This document shows, one piece after another, positions 41,815 to 42,064 of a stretch of DNA of 42,064 nucleotides. The DNA is taken from IMG/VR virus record IMGVR_UViG_3300027797_000002, one strand, 5' to 3'. Within the stretch, counting starts at the first letter, position 1. Every line of letters starts with the position of its first letter. The position numbers and the translations under genes were made by a program. The DNA is from a virus. The notes below the pieces were generated by a model. It saw only the letters and a list, made by a program, of their open reading frames with translations. It was not told the origin of the DNA and ran no database searches.

Positions 41815-41975
41815 TATTTCCCTAATAAAAGTTTATTAACTGCTGTTTCAATACTAATCTTAACTCCACTTTCAGTTAGAGCCTTAGCTTGTCTTGCGTG
41901 GATGATAGCCATAGCTTCTCCACAAAATTTAATTGTTGCTGTTATACAGTCTTTATTTTTGCGTTCTCGTGCCAT
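41814..41975 (-). CDS. Ribbon-helix-helix (Arc/CopG-like) DNA-binding protein candidate, 53 aa, not in the track
   Basis: My translation: MARERKNKDCITATIKFCGEAMAIIHARQAKALTESGVKISIETAVNKLLLGK. It has a basic N-terminus, a beta-strand, and a two-helix layout like CopG/Arc. Its 5' end lies in the terminal overlap. Confidence 0.5.
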   Translation of the reverse strand: MARERKNKDCITATIKFCGEAMAIIHARQAKALTESGVKISIETAVNKLLLGK

Positions 41976-42064
41976 ATAGTAACATATAGTAATAAACTAC
42001 AATATTAGGTATAAATATTCATATTTGCAAACATATAGTCCTATATTTGAAGAAAAAACAAATA
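41938..42064. repeat. Terminal overlap, copy 2 (identical to 1-127)
   Basis: Read directly. Confidence 0.95.

Noticed and set aside
41767-41979. 70-aa + strand ORF from the track
   Set aside because: It is antisense to the 53-aa RHH-like ORF, which is TAATG-coupled to the downstream minus-strand genes and has an interpretable fold. The + strand translation is hydrophobic and low-complexity with no start signals.
1-42064. Lysogeny module, integrase, tRNA genes
   Set aside because: No ORF shows tyrosine or serine recombinase motifs or a CI-like repressor of normal size. I spotted no cloverleaf or GTTCGAATC-type T-arm sequences in the intergenic regions. The absence is judged by eye only and should be confirmed with tRNAscan-SE and HMM searches.

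Overview
The window is a complete tailed-phage genome. Bases 1-127 recur exactly at 41938-42064, so the unique unit is 41937 bp, either circular or terminally redundant.

Host inference: the DNA is visibly AT-rich and genes lack Shine-Dalgarno sequences, using A-rich '..ACAAAATG' start contexts instead. Several intergenic regions carry the Bacteroidetes -7 promoter box TAnnTTTG. The host is therefore most likely a Bacteroidota, probably Flavobacteriia-like.

Almost all genes are on the + strand and tightly packed, often with ATGA or TAATG start/stop overlaps. The modules are:
- Head (continuing across the junction): scaffold-like gene and candidate major capsid protein, 441-2483.
- Unassigned structural genes, 2535-4904.
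- Long tail fibre, 4907-7759.
- Lysis block ending in a GH19-type endolysin, 8249-10010.
- Metallophosphoesterase, DUF3310-like and small genes, 10058-12556.
- A 0.74-kb regulatory gap, 12557-13297.
- Early recombination/replication module, 13322-20290: ERF-like annealase, PD-(D/E)XK exonuclease, SSB-tail protein, HTH, DnaA-domain-IV-like protein, NinG-like, NinB-like.
- An accessory island flanked by two repeat-rich gene deserts, 20423-24931. It contains a DUF5681-type small-terminase candidate.
- Large terminase, 24932-26332.
- Tail module, 27198-35484: chaperone pair with a -1 frameshift on a T9 run, tape measure, two large distal tail proteins, tube candidate.
- A cassette of three putative glycosyltransferases plus an FkbM methyltransferase, 35530-38456.
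- Portal and MuF/SPP1-gp7-like head morphogenesis genes, 38590-41417.
- The only reverse-strand cassette, 41422-41975: RHH-like protein, small protein, 2-TM protein.

I recognised no integrase, tRNA, rRNA or CRISPR array. All family calls come from motif recognition by eye and need HMM or structure searches to confirm.
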